Of a stretch of 34,518 nucleotides of DNA, positions 27,260 through 34,518 are shown in pieces. Made by a program: the position numbers and the translations under genes. Origin of the DNA: a virus (lineage: Duplodnaviria > Caudoviricetes); the IMG/VR virus record IMGVR_UViG_3300032231_000012, positions 1 to 34,518 of that record; one strand, given 5' to 3'. The notes below the pieces were generated by a model that was not told where the DNA came from, made no database searches, and worked only from the letters and a program-made list of their open reading frames with translations. Every line of letters starts with the position of its first letter. Positions within the stretch are counted from its first letter, which is position 1.

Positions 27260-27287
27260 ATTTGTATATACATATGTATATACAAAT
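27260..27287. promoter_or_regulatory. Perfect 28-bp palindrome overlapping a minus-strand promoter
   Basis: ATTTGTATATACATATGTATATACAAAT, adjacent to TGATATAAT (27260-27252). Confidence 0.7.
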
Positions 27288-27455
27288 TTTATTATATACA
27301 AATAAATTCAAGTGATATATAATTATCTTCTAATAAAATTACTTTTTACTTTTTTTTGTAATGAGAAACTTAATTCGCAAGTTTTTTTCCTTTTGTAGAG
27401 AAATATCTATAGTCATTTTAGCCTCCAGTAATTTTATTTTGCCTAGCTATATTAT

Positions 27456-28175
27456 CTACAAATTGCAATTTCTAATTATATCCCCTTCTGGCTGTGGTAA
27501 TGTATCTTTCAAAACTTGTAAGTAATTATAGTGCAATTTAATCAAATTATTGTTTTCGTCTTTATACTCAAATTTAAAATAGTGAATTTCTTTGAAATCA
27601 CCGTTTATTATTTTACAAACATTATGTCTTGGATAAACCATTTCTTTTGTCCACATATCCACCATATTGCCATACTTATTCATCATAAACGGAATTTTTT
27701 TACAACCTACCTTTACTTGATACCATTCATAATCCATTTTTATAATTTTTTCAACTTCCCCATAGCCATAAACTTTTTCATGTTTTAGATATTCCTCAAG
27801 CATTTTTATGAAAGTGTCTTTGTTGATATTCCTACTAGTGTATACATAACATTTTTTCAAATTTTCTATTGTTCCAATGCCTATACTTATAAATTCTCCA
27901 TGCTCTTGATAGTGTCCACAATCATACCAATAATCTTTTATTGTAACCTTTTTATTATTTTCAAGTTCCAACTCTAGTTCTCTACCAGCAAATGCGTTTC
28001 CCCAACTATTGTATTTCAAATATTGACTAAATATAATATCTCCTTTATCATTCACAGTTTTTCCTATGTAATCTCCTTTAATTTTTTTATAAATCATAGT
28101 CGGTATCTTATCTACAACTATCTTATAATCATAATCACCACCCAATTTAGTTCTAATTAATTTAAGTATTTTCAT
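27456..28175 (-). CDS. Hypothetical protein (239 aa)
   Basis: GGAGGT RBS before MKILKLI; AFAGRE...W motif. Confidence 0.7.
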   Translation of the reverse strand: MKILKLIRTKLGGDYDYKIVVDKIPTMIYKKIKGDYIGKTVNDKGDIIFSQYLKYNSWGNAFAGRELELELENNKKVTIKDYWYDCGHYQEHGEFISIGIGTIENLKKCYVYTSRNINKDTFIKMLEEYLKHEKVYGYGEVEKIIKMDYEWYQVKVGCKKIPFMMNKYGNMVDMWTKEMVYPRHNVCKIINGDFKEIHYFKFEYKDENNNLIKLHYNYLQVLKDTLPQPEGDIIRNCNL

Positions 28176-28323
28176 TTTTAACCTCCACCTTGTAATAATA
28201 TTTTGAATAATCTTCCTCTGGTGATCTCTGCTCGAAGTTTGCTTCATGCCCCTTTATAACTTCACTAACCGTTTTTTTGTAATCGTTTTCATTATAATTT
28301 TTGTCTAAATTTTTTTTTGCCAT
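28162..28323 (-). CDS. 53-aa peptide carrying the Rep C-terminal NFEQR motif (not in ORF track)
   Basis: MAKKNLDKNYNENDYKKTVSEVIKGHEANFEQRSPEEDYSKYYYKVEVKNENT; GGAGGG RBS. Confidence 0.7.
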   Translation of the reverse strand: MAKKNLDKNYNENDYKKTVSEVIKGHEANFEQRSPEEDYSKYYYKVEVKNENT

Positions 28324-28375
28324 TATTCCCTCCAACCAATTTTTTTTGCTGGGGGACTAATCCCCCCTTAAATAG

Positions 28376-28696
28376 TTAATTAGAAAAGCCCATGCAACCG
28401 ATGATTTTTCCTTTTTCGTCTCTACAAAGTAGGTCGGGTGCAACTAAGTCTGTTCTTTCAGGACAAGCACTTAACACTAAATTTGATACTATATAATATG
28501 TATTTGTTTCTGGTTCTGGCAATCCAATTGGAGTCGTAAATTGTTTTTTCTTAACAAACTCTATTTCAGTTTCTTGTCTTTCTTCTCCGACCCTTACATT
28601 TCCTGCACTTGCAATTGTGAAAATTTCATTAGCTAGTATTAAGTGTACCTCGTGTGGTGTATAATTCTTAAATTCGTATCCTCTAATTTTCATCAT
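28376..28696 (-). CDS. 'NxTPH' family protein (candidate Crn4/Unk01-like ring nuclease)
   Basis: NYTPH...GLPEP....YIVS..V...PER.DL..P....RD..G.IIG; family link is from memory. Confidence 0.5.
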   Translation of the reverse strand: MMKIRGYEFKNYTPHEVHLILANEIFTIASAGNVRVGEERQETEIEFVKKKQFTTPIGLPEPETNTYYIVSNLVLSACPERTDLVAPDLLCRDEKGKIIGCMGFSN

Positions 28697-28735
28697 TCAA
28701 GCTCCTTTATTTTTTTATATTTTTCAATTTTTTAT

Positions 28736-29017
28736 TTATGCAACATTTATTTCGACATTAAAATCAATGTCATTGTCGCCATCTTTTTTATAAGCTGCCA
28801 TTAAGTTAAGTACGTATTGTGTTTTACGTACGTACCTTACAGAAGTTTGTGACCTTCTGTTTTCGATTCCATCTTTTATAGCGTTATCAGACAAAGGAAA
28901 TTTACCGTTTATTTCAATCCAATGGTCCCCCCAGTTGTAAAATAAGATATGCTCTTGACTAATGCTGTTTCTTTGACTACTTATAATTTCGACGTAAGTC
29001 GCTTCTTTTATTCTCAT
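28736..29017 (-). CDS. Hypothetical early protein
   Basis: 93-aa ORF with AAGGAG RBS. Confidence 0.7.
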   Translation of the reverse strand: MRIKEATYVEIISSQRNSISQEHILFYNWGDHWIEINGKFPLSDNAIKDGIENRRSQTSVRYVRKTQYVLNLMAAYKKDGDNDIDFNVEINVA

Positions 29018-29037
29018 AATATTCTCCTTTTTTATTT

Positions 29038-29247
29038 TTAGTAAACATCTTCAAGAACTTCATCGTAGAACACTCCACAATATTTGTCCCAAAATTTTTC
29101 AGTTTCGTTTTTGTATTTCAAATATAATTCTAGATTGTCATCTTCATTTATCCAGCCTTCTTCTTTTAGCTGAGTTTCCAGCCTGTTTATATCAGTGCCC
29201 TCTATAACAAACTCTTTCCAGTTCTTAACTATTACTGTATTTGCCAT
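29038..29247 (-). CDS. Small acidic hypothetical early protein
   Basis: 69-aa ORF overlapping the end of the upstream gene. Confidence 0.65.
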   Translation of the reverse strand: MANTVIVKNWKEFVIEGTDINRLETQLKEEGWINEDDNLELYLKYKNETEKFWDKYCGVFYDEVLEDVY

Positions 29248-29413
29248 TTTTTACTCTCCCATTATCATATTTTTCTATTAGTTTTTCTGATGCAAGAAAC
29301 ATTAATTCTCTCAACAATGTTTCTTTATCTAGCCTTGTAGCGTTTTTCAGCAAATTAAATTGCTCGAACGTTTCTTTTGTTGCTCTAAAATTTATCACTT
29401 CCGTTTTTGCCAT
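29225..29413 (-). CDS. Ribbon-helix-helix-like regulator
   Basis: TEVINFRATKETFEQF..LK..T.LDK..LLRELM; GGAGG RBS. Confidence 0.6.
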   Translation of the reverse strand: MAKTEVINFRATKETFEQFNLLKNATRLDKETLLRELMFLASEKLIEKYDNGRVKNGKYSNS

Positions 29414-29432
29414 CTTGTCCCTCCAATAATTT

Positions 29433-29786
29433 TTATGCTATTTTGAACCCTTGATTCACTAGTTCAGCTGCCATATTTTCAGCAGTTGACCAAGTGCCTG
29501 CTCTGTTGCATACAATTTCTTTTGAGTTCATATCTATGTAAAAAGATTTTGAATAATGAAATCCATCTACATATATTCTTGATTTTCCGTATTTTTCCCA
29601 AACTCTCGTTTTTGCATCTTGATTTTCCATTATTGCAACTATTTCTTCTTTTGTTAATTCTTTTTTTGATTCATTTTTTAACTCTTTCCAAGCAACTGTT
29701 AAAGCATAACTAAATCTTGCTCTGTAATCCCCCTCTAAAGTTTTTGCAATTGAATGTGCTTTAGTAAATAAATTTGATTTAGTCAT
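29433..29786 (-). CDS. Early phage protein
   Basis: LF.KAH..AK...DY...F..AL..AW and WEKYGKSRIY motifs; first gene after a strong promoter. Confidence 0.75.
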   Translation of the reverse strand: MTKSNLFTKAHSIAKTLEGDYRARFSYALTVAWKELKNESKKELTKEEIVAIMENQDAKTRVWEKYGKSRIYVDGFHYSKSFYIDMNSKEIVCNRAGTWSTAENMAAELVNQGFKIA

Positions 29787-29832
29787 CTTAACTCCGCCTT
29801 TTTTAAAGTTGTTTATCTCTCTTACAATTATT

Positions 29833-29861
29833 ATTGTACTACATTTGTATCACAAAGTCAA
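29833..29861 (-). promoter_or_regulatory. Sigma-A promoter with overlapping TTTGT repeats
   Basis: TTGACT-17 bp-TACAAT; TTTGT units recur every 11 bp across the -35 element. Confidence 0.8.
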
Positions 29862-29893
29862 TACAAAATTGATACAAAATATAAAATAATTTT

Positions 29894-29926
29894 AAAATAA
29901 AGAACATTGCCCTGTTAGCAATGTTC
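29894..29926 (-). terminator. Rho-independent terminator
   Basis: GAACATTGCT-AACAG-GGCAATGTTC followed by TTTATTTT. Confidence 0.8.
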
Positions 29927-29947
29927 AATATACTTTGTTGCAATTAA

Positions 29948-30490
29948 TTAATTAATCAAAAGTTCTCTTAAATGATAATAAAATGTGCTATATATATACT
30001 TCCCTGCTATTTCTTTTTCGATGAACTGTATATTAACATTATATCTTGCTTGAAAAGTCATTAGACTTGACCAATAAGCTTCCTTTCCAAATCTAGTATC
30101 ATAATTGCCTTTTATTACGTCATTATAGTTTCCTTTTTCTATTAGTAATATAAACTTGCATTTTTTTCCTCTTATTAGTTCATTCTCGAAGCTAGTACGA
30201 TTTTTTGCTAAGTTTGTGCTTAGTTCTTCCAGGGAATTTTTTCTTTCTATCACGATTTCATTATGAAACCATAAATCCCTGATAATCCCTAAATCTAGAT
30301 TTGCTGGAAGATAAAAACTATAATCTCCAAAACTCAAAGACTTGTTAAATGTTTCAACTTTCATCTTGTGAAAAGATTGCATGATATGTAAATTTTCCTG
30401 CTCTCTCCTATCAACTACTACTACAATACTTTTTAAAAGTTCCTTTATTTCTTTTTCAGTGTACTTATAATAGCAAAGTATATTATTCAT
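29948..30490 (-). CDS. ERCC4-domain nuclease
   Basis: VD.REQ...L..GDY...IERK.SL.EL...F..EL.R. Confidence 0.9.
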   Translation of the reverse strand: MNNILCYYKYTEKEIKELLKSIVVVVDRREQENLHIMQSFHKMKVETFNKSLSFGDYSFYLPANLDLGIIRDLWFHNEIVIERKNSLEELSTNLAKNRTSFENELIRGKKCKFILLIEKGNYNDVIKGNYDTRFGKEAYWSSLMTFQARYNVNIQFIEKEIAGKYIYSTFYYHLRELLIN

Positions 30491-30511
30491 TTAATAAGTC
30501 TCCTTAAGTTT

Positions 30512-31078
30512 TTATTTTTCATCGTAATAAGTTGCTTCCATGTCCGCTACATGCAAATAAAATGCCAATGGATATTTACTATAAACATTGTTTAAGTTTT
30601 TCATATCTCCATCTTGGAAGGCTCCCATATGATACCTAATAGCAAATTTTTCTTCATCTGTAAGCTTTATAAATTTTTCTATAATGTAACAACTTTCTGC
30701 CCCATGACCGTAAGAAACTCTTTTTTCATTGTATTTATAAGATTTAACTTTATTCCAGGACCCAGTTTTATCATCCTTTACATTTCTCATGTATGACTCA
30801 TAACAATTAACTTTGCATACATCATGGAATAATGAAACAATCTTCATGCTTTCCATTTCAGTTTCTAATAGTCCTAACCTACGTTTTTGTAATAATCTTT
30901 CCTCTACATTCAAAGAATGAATTACAAGACCATTCTCGAACGAATTATGATATATTGTGCTACATGGTGCAGTAAAAAAGTCTGTTTTATTTTCTAAGTA
31001 ATCAATTAACTCTTTCATTCCATCTCTTTCAATTACATTTAATGACCTGTCTTTAAATTTAGTTATTAATTCTTGCAT
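30512..31078 (-). CDS. HD-domain phosphohydrolase
   Basis: FFTAP.S..YH...GL..HSLNV...HD.CK...GHG..S...AIR.HMG...H.AD. Confidence 0.9.
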   Translation of the reverse strand: MQELITKFKDRSLNVIERDGMKELIDYLENKTDFFTAPCSTIYHNSFENGLVIHSLNVEERLLQKRRLGLLETEMESMKIVSLFHDVCKVNCYESYMRNVKDDKTGSWNKVKSYKYNEKRVSYGHGAESCYIIEKFIKLTDEEKFAIRYHMGAFQDGDMKNLNNVYSKYPLAFYLHVADMEATYYDEK

Positions 31079-31096
31079 TTATATTCCCCTTTTTAT

Positions 31097-32059
31097 TTAA
31101 ATTTTAGTTGCTTCAAATTTTATGTTATTTTTATTCATAAACTCTTTTAATGCTACTAGCTGATTATAAGTTCCTTCAACTTGAATTTTGTATTGTATTG
31201 TTTTTTCATTTATTTCAACTTTTACTGCTCCTGATTCTTTTTTTATATCTTCAACTTTCTTTTCAATCTCAATTTTTGCTTTTTCAATTTCTCTTTGTGT
31301 TTCAATCTCTGCTTTTTTCTTAGTTTCCTCAATTTCTTTTTCTGCTCTTATTTTTGCCTGTTCAACTTCAATTTTCGATTTTTCTTCTAACTCTTTCTCA
31401 TACTGTACAATGTTATTAAAATCGCTTTCAATCTGTTTTAAACACTCAATTCCTTCACTTTCAATCAAGCTTTCATATCTCTTTGGATCTACTTTCTGCT
31501 TAACTTCTACATTTCTTTTCTCTATGTAATCAAATATTTCTTGTTTATCAATTAAATACTTTGCGTTTGCATCTTTAATTGACAAAATTTGAATTGTAAT
31601 ATCCTTTGTAACATCTTTCTTTTTTGCAGTTAAATTACAATATTCTTTTTTTAATTGTACTTGCCAAAGGAGTTCCTGTGGTAGTTCTAATTCGGTTTTT
31701 AGTCTATTAATTTCTGATTCTGCAAATTTCTTGTTTTCTTCTTTCTTTAAATCATCATAATAATTGATTCCCTCTTTAAGCTTACTCTCTGTTTCTGATA
31801 TAAGTGATACAATTTCCTTACATTTACTTTCAAACTCGTCCAAAGGCTTTGAGAGTTCTTTTTTAACATCTTTTCTATAAGTGTCTACTTCCCTTCTTAA
31901 TCCTGCTAAATGTTTTTGCTCACTTTTACAAAATTTCAAAGTTTCCTCTGTTACAACTAACTTTTTATAATCACATAATTTTTCACTTAATTTGTTTTTT
32001 ACTTCCTCAAAGTTAAATTTTATTGCTGGTAATTGTTTTTCAGTAATTTTAAATTCCAT
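31097..32059 (-). CDS. DUF1351-like coiled-coil protein
   Basis: I.FNFEE.K...Y..LVVTEE...RK..KK....P...FE; adjacent to the recombinase. Confidence 0.75.
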   Translation of the reverse strand: MEFKITEKQLPAIKFNFEEVKNKLSEKLCDYKKLVVTEETLKFCKSEQKHLAGLRREVDTYRKDVKKELSKPLDEFESKCKEIVSLISETESKLKEGINYYDDLKKEENKKFAESEINRLKTELELPQELLWQVQLKKEYCNLTAKKKDVTKDITIQILSIKDANAKYLIDKQEIFDYIEKRNVEVKQKVDPKRYESLIESEGIECLKQIESDFNNIVQYEKELEEKSKIEVEQAKIRAEKEIEETKKKAEIETQREIEKAKIEIEKKVEDIKKESGAVKVEINEKTIQYKIQVEGTYNQLVALKEFMNKNNIKFEATKI

Positions 32060-32060
32060 T

Positions 32061-32237
32061 CTATTTTCCACCCTCCATATTTTTTTCATAAAGTTCTTCT
32101 ATTATATCTACTAAGTTTTCGTCTCCTATTGCATTGTAGCAATCTTTTTGATAAAAAGGGCAAAGGGAACATTGAACATATTCCCTGCATATTTTCTTAG
32201 ATTCAATTATTTCTTGTATAATTTTATTATCTATCAT
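32061..32237 (-). CDS. Small Cys-rich hypothetical protein
   Basis: C...C..CPF...C pattern; GGAGG RBS. Confidence 0.6.
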   Translation of the reverse strand: MIDNKIIQEIIESKKICREYVQCSLCPFYQKDCYNAIGDENLVDIIEELYEKNMEGGK

Positions 32238-32238
32238 T

Positions 32239-32922
32239 TTATCCTCCAATTAATTTATTGTAATGAGTTTCGGCTTCTTCGTTTGTAAGTTGTTTTAGTT
32301 CATCTTTTCCAGTTAGATTTTTTAATTCTTCCCTAACTTTTTCCTTCCCATATCGATAAAGTAATACATTGCCTAATTCTTTTATATAATTTTTTGTTAG
32401 TTGCTTTGGTGGTTTTGGTGCTGGTTCTGGTTCATCTGGAATTACAATTACTTCTGTATCATCTCCTTTAGGTAATGCCCACTCTGGAAGTTTTGGATAA
32501 GTTTTTAACTTGTATGACTTGCCAAAACTTTTAAGTTCACACCATTCCTGTGGTAGCTTATAAAGATATCTGCCTATTCCCCATTGATAAGCTGCTCTTT
32601 TCATTGCATCCGATAAACCGCCTTTAGTTGCATCCATATTACTATTATCTGCACCATCCCATTTAGTTATCCACTCACCTCTTTCTTCTACCCAAATACT
32701 AATACCACAGATTTGACTACTACCTTTCCACTCTTTATATTCATTTCTCCATCCAAAGCACCCAAAAACATCATCTAATCTATTTTGTATTGCTCTATTA
32801 GTTACATATGCTAATGCTAATCCTTTACTCTTATCTTTGTTTGTACTTCCAACCCTCCACTCTATTTCCTCCGCCTTAAATGGCTCTTGTAACTGCTGCA
32901 TTATTTTTTTATAATCCATCAT
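32239..32922 (-). CDS. Rad52/Sak-family single-strand annealing protein
   Basis: PF...IEWRV...LAYV.NRAIQ.RLD.V.G...W...KGG.SD.MKRAA.QWGIGRYLY.LP. Confidence 0.92.
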   Translation of the reverse strand: MMDYKKIMQQLQEPFKAEEIEWRVGSTNKDKSKGLALAYVTNRAIQNRLDDVFGCFGWRNEYKEWKGSSQICGISIWVEERGEWITKWDGADNSNMDATKGGLSDAMKRAAYQWGIGRYLYKLPQEWCELKSFGKSYKLKTYPKLPEWALPKGDDTEVIVIPDEPEPAPKPPKQLTKNYIKELGNVLLYRYGKEKVREELKNLTGKDELKQLTNEEAETHYNKLIGG

Positions 32923-33034
32923 TTGTAATATCTCCTTCCTCTGTGTTATACCAGGTCCCATTAAAATAATATTGTTCTTCTATTTCTATATGCTCAATTC
33001 CGTCATTCATCATCATTTCATAGCAATTTATCAT
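32909..33034 (-). CDS. 41-aa acidic peptide (not in ORF track)
   Basis: MINCYEMMMNDGIEHIEIEEQYYFNGTWYNTEEGDITNDGL; overlaps both neighbours. Confidence 0.5.
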   Translation of the reverse strand: MINCYEMMMNDGIEHIEIEEQYYFNGTWYNTEEGDITNDGL

Positions 33035-33185
33035 TTTCTGTTTTTTCCCCTTTCTTCATATATTCATTAAATATTTTTTCTAAAAACTGTCCGTACTTCA
33101 CATTTTCGTAGTCTGCTGTTTGTCTAAAATAAGTAGCAAATTCTTTCTTTACTTTAATTTGTAGAGTATATTCTTTTTTCATCAT
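33018..33185 (-). CDS. 55-aa ribbon-helix-helix-like regulator (not in ORF track)
   Basis: MMKKEYTLQIKVKKEFATYFRQTADYENVKYGQFLEKIFNEY; GGGGGTG RBS. Confidence 0.62.
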   Translation of the reverse strand: MMKKEYTLQIKVKKEFATYFRQTADYENVKYGQFLEKIFNEYMKKGEKTENDKLL

Positions 33186-33216
33186 TACACCCCCTAGCTA
33201 TTTATTTGATAGTTGT

Positions 33217-33245
33217 ATTGTATTACTTTTATATTACTTTGTCAA
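33217..33245 (-). promoter_or_regulatory. Sigma-A promoter (leftward)
   Basis: TTGACA-17 bp-TACAAT; AAGTAATA repeated 11 bp apart. Confidence 0.85.
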
Positions 33246-33307
33246 GTGTTATTATTAATGTGTTTAATTTTGCGCCATCGTTTGGGCACAACGCGAACGC
33301 ACGATAT

Positions 33308-33336
33308 TTGACATTATTATATCTATATTATATAAT
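33308..33336 (+). promoter_or_regulatory. Perfect-consensus sigma-A promoter (rightward)
   Basis: TTGACA-17 bp-TATAAT, then AGGAGG RBS and ATG 33368. Confidence 0.92.
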
Positions 33337-33367
33337 ACTTTTATAATACATTTTAGGAGGTAATACA

Positions 33368-34486
33368 ATGATTAAATTTTTAAGTTACTTAGGATTTTTG
33401 GGTAGTTGGTATGTTAGTTTTCTCCTTGCATCTACTTTGGCCAACACCAAAACAGATTATGTAGTAGCATTTATTTTTACATCAGTGATGCAGTTTTCAA
33501 GTTTTTATTTTTTCAAGAAAGGAAATGAGAATCAGAAGTATTTTTATATTGCAGGCGTGTTATTCGCTATAAGTATCTTGGGCACAATGTGTTATCAGCT
33601 TTCCATACACGACCAAGCGCAGAACGAAATGATAGTAAATTCCGACGAATATCAAAAGCACCAAGATAGTCTATCTAATCAAAAAGAGTTAATAGCAGAC
33701 ATGAAAGCAAGCAGAGAATCGTTAATACTATCATACAATGAGCAAGTTGAAAGCCTTGTGTCACAGAAGAATTCTATGCCAGAGAATTATATCACAAGGA
33801 AAGCACAAGTCGACACCAAAATAAATGCAGTTAAACAAGAATTATCAGATAAGCTTGAAATGTTAAACAACTCTTTAATCACACAGTCAAATGAATTAAA
33901 AGAGTTGAATAACACCAATATAGTTACTACTAATCTAAGGTACACCAAGGGGTATCTCGGTATATCTAGTATTATAGCAGATTTTTTCAACATTAACAAA
34001 GAATTAGTAGTGCTATTCATACAGTTTGTAATCGCAGTTACATTTGAGGCAACCGCAGTTGTGCTTCATGTGTCTCTCAATCCACTAGATATAATTGAAA
34101 ATAAAAAGGAGCGTGTTTTTAAAAATGCAAAAATTAGAAAAGGTGTTTTGGATATCCATCGTAGTAATAGACCTAGGAATGATAACACTAGCAGTGGTGA
34201 AATTATGGCAATACCTAATGTAGACCTAAAAAAAAAAGAAATTTCGCCTAAAAAAATTGAAACAAAATCTTATAAAATTAGTGACATAGACGTGAAAAAA
34301 TACAGAAACGCAATGGAGCAAACGCAGTCGGACACATATTGCGTAGGGTATCGCAAAATTTCAAAAATCGCAGGTTTGACGGACTCGAAAGGTAGGCAAA
34401 TATTTGAACATCTTAAGCAAATTGGCATCATAGAAACAACCCAAAATGGTACTAAAATAATTAAGTTTCAAAAAAAGGTGGTGTAG
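33368..34486 (+). CDS. Membrane protein: 3 TM, coiled coil, TM, C-terminal winged-helix-like domain
   Basis: Hydrophobic segments flank a long heptad region; C-terminal GYRKISKIAGLTDSKGRQIFEHLKQIGII. Confidence 0.8.
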   Translation: MIKFLSYLGFLGSWYVSFLLASTLANTKTDYVVAFIFTSVMQFSSFYFFKKGNENQKYFYIAGVLFAISILGTMCYQLSIHDQAQNEMIVNSDEYQKHQDSLSNQKELIADMKASRESLILSYNEQVESLVSQKNSMPENYITRKAQVDTKINAVKQELSDKLEMLNNSLITQSNELKELNNTNIVTTNLRYTKGYLGISSIIADFFNINKELVVLFIQFVIAVTFEATAVVLHVSLNPLDIIENKKERVFKNAKIRKGVLDIHRSNRPRNDNTSSGEIMAIPNVDLKKKEISPKKIETKSYKISDIDVKKYRNAMEQTQSDTYCVGYRKISKIAGLTDSKGRQIFEHLKQIGIIETTQNGTKIIKFQKKVV

Positions 34487-34488
34487 AT

Positions 34489-34518
34489 ATGATTTCGAAT
34501 ATTAAAAACATAGTGGTC
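34489..34518 (+). CDS. 5' part of the junction-spanning ORF
   Basis: AAGGTGGTG upstream; MISNIKNIVV runs off the window end. Confidence 0.55.
   Translation, partial: MISNIKNIVV

Noticed and set aside
28351-28367. GGGGGA-CTAA-TCCCCC hairpin as a terminator
   Set aside because: No U-tract follows on either strand. It is at most a stabilising stem-loop.
1-34518. tRNA, rRNA, transposase or intron
   Set aside because: None recognised by eye. tRNAscan-SE and Infernal searches would be needed to exclude them formally.

Overview
This AT-rich window looks like an essentially complete ~34.5 kb tailed phage (siphovirus-like) of a Firmicutes host, probably a clostridial one with an S-layer. The ends appear to join into a circle through a 4-nt GGTC overlap that restores an ORF. 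The minus strand carries an A118-like morphogenesis block (terS, terL, portal, minor head, scaffold, P22-coat-like capsid, head-tail genes, tail, tape measure, LamG tail-tip protein), lysis genes, and early genes (Rad52/Sak, DUF1351, HD hydrolase, ERCC4 nuclease, replisome organiser, many tiny zinc-ribbon ORFs). I see no integrase or CI/Cro switch. Highlights: (1) a plus-strand island of separately promoted cassettes with a clear Tad1 sponge, an unannotated stand-alone 'SWSP' domain and an SWSP-gp49/66 fusion; (2) two replication initiators, each with its own iterons, plus an unannotated 53-aa peptide carrying their shared C-terminal NF(E/D)QR motif; (3) a candidate small RNA complementary to the scaffold/capsid leader; (4) four ribbon-helix-helix regulators with operator-like repeats. 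Family assignments come from motif recognition and memory, not database searches.
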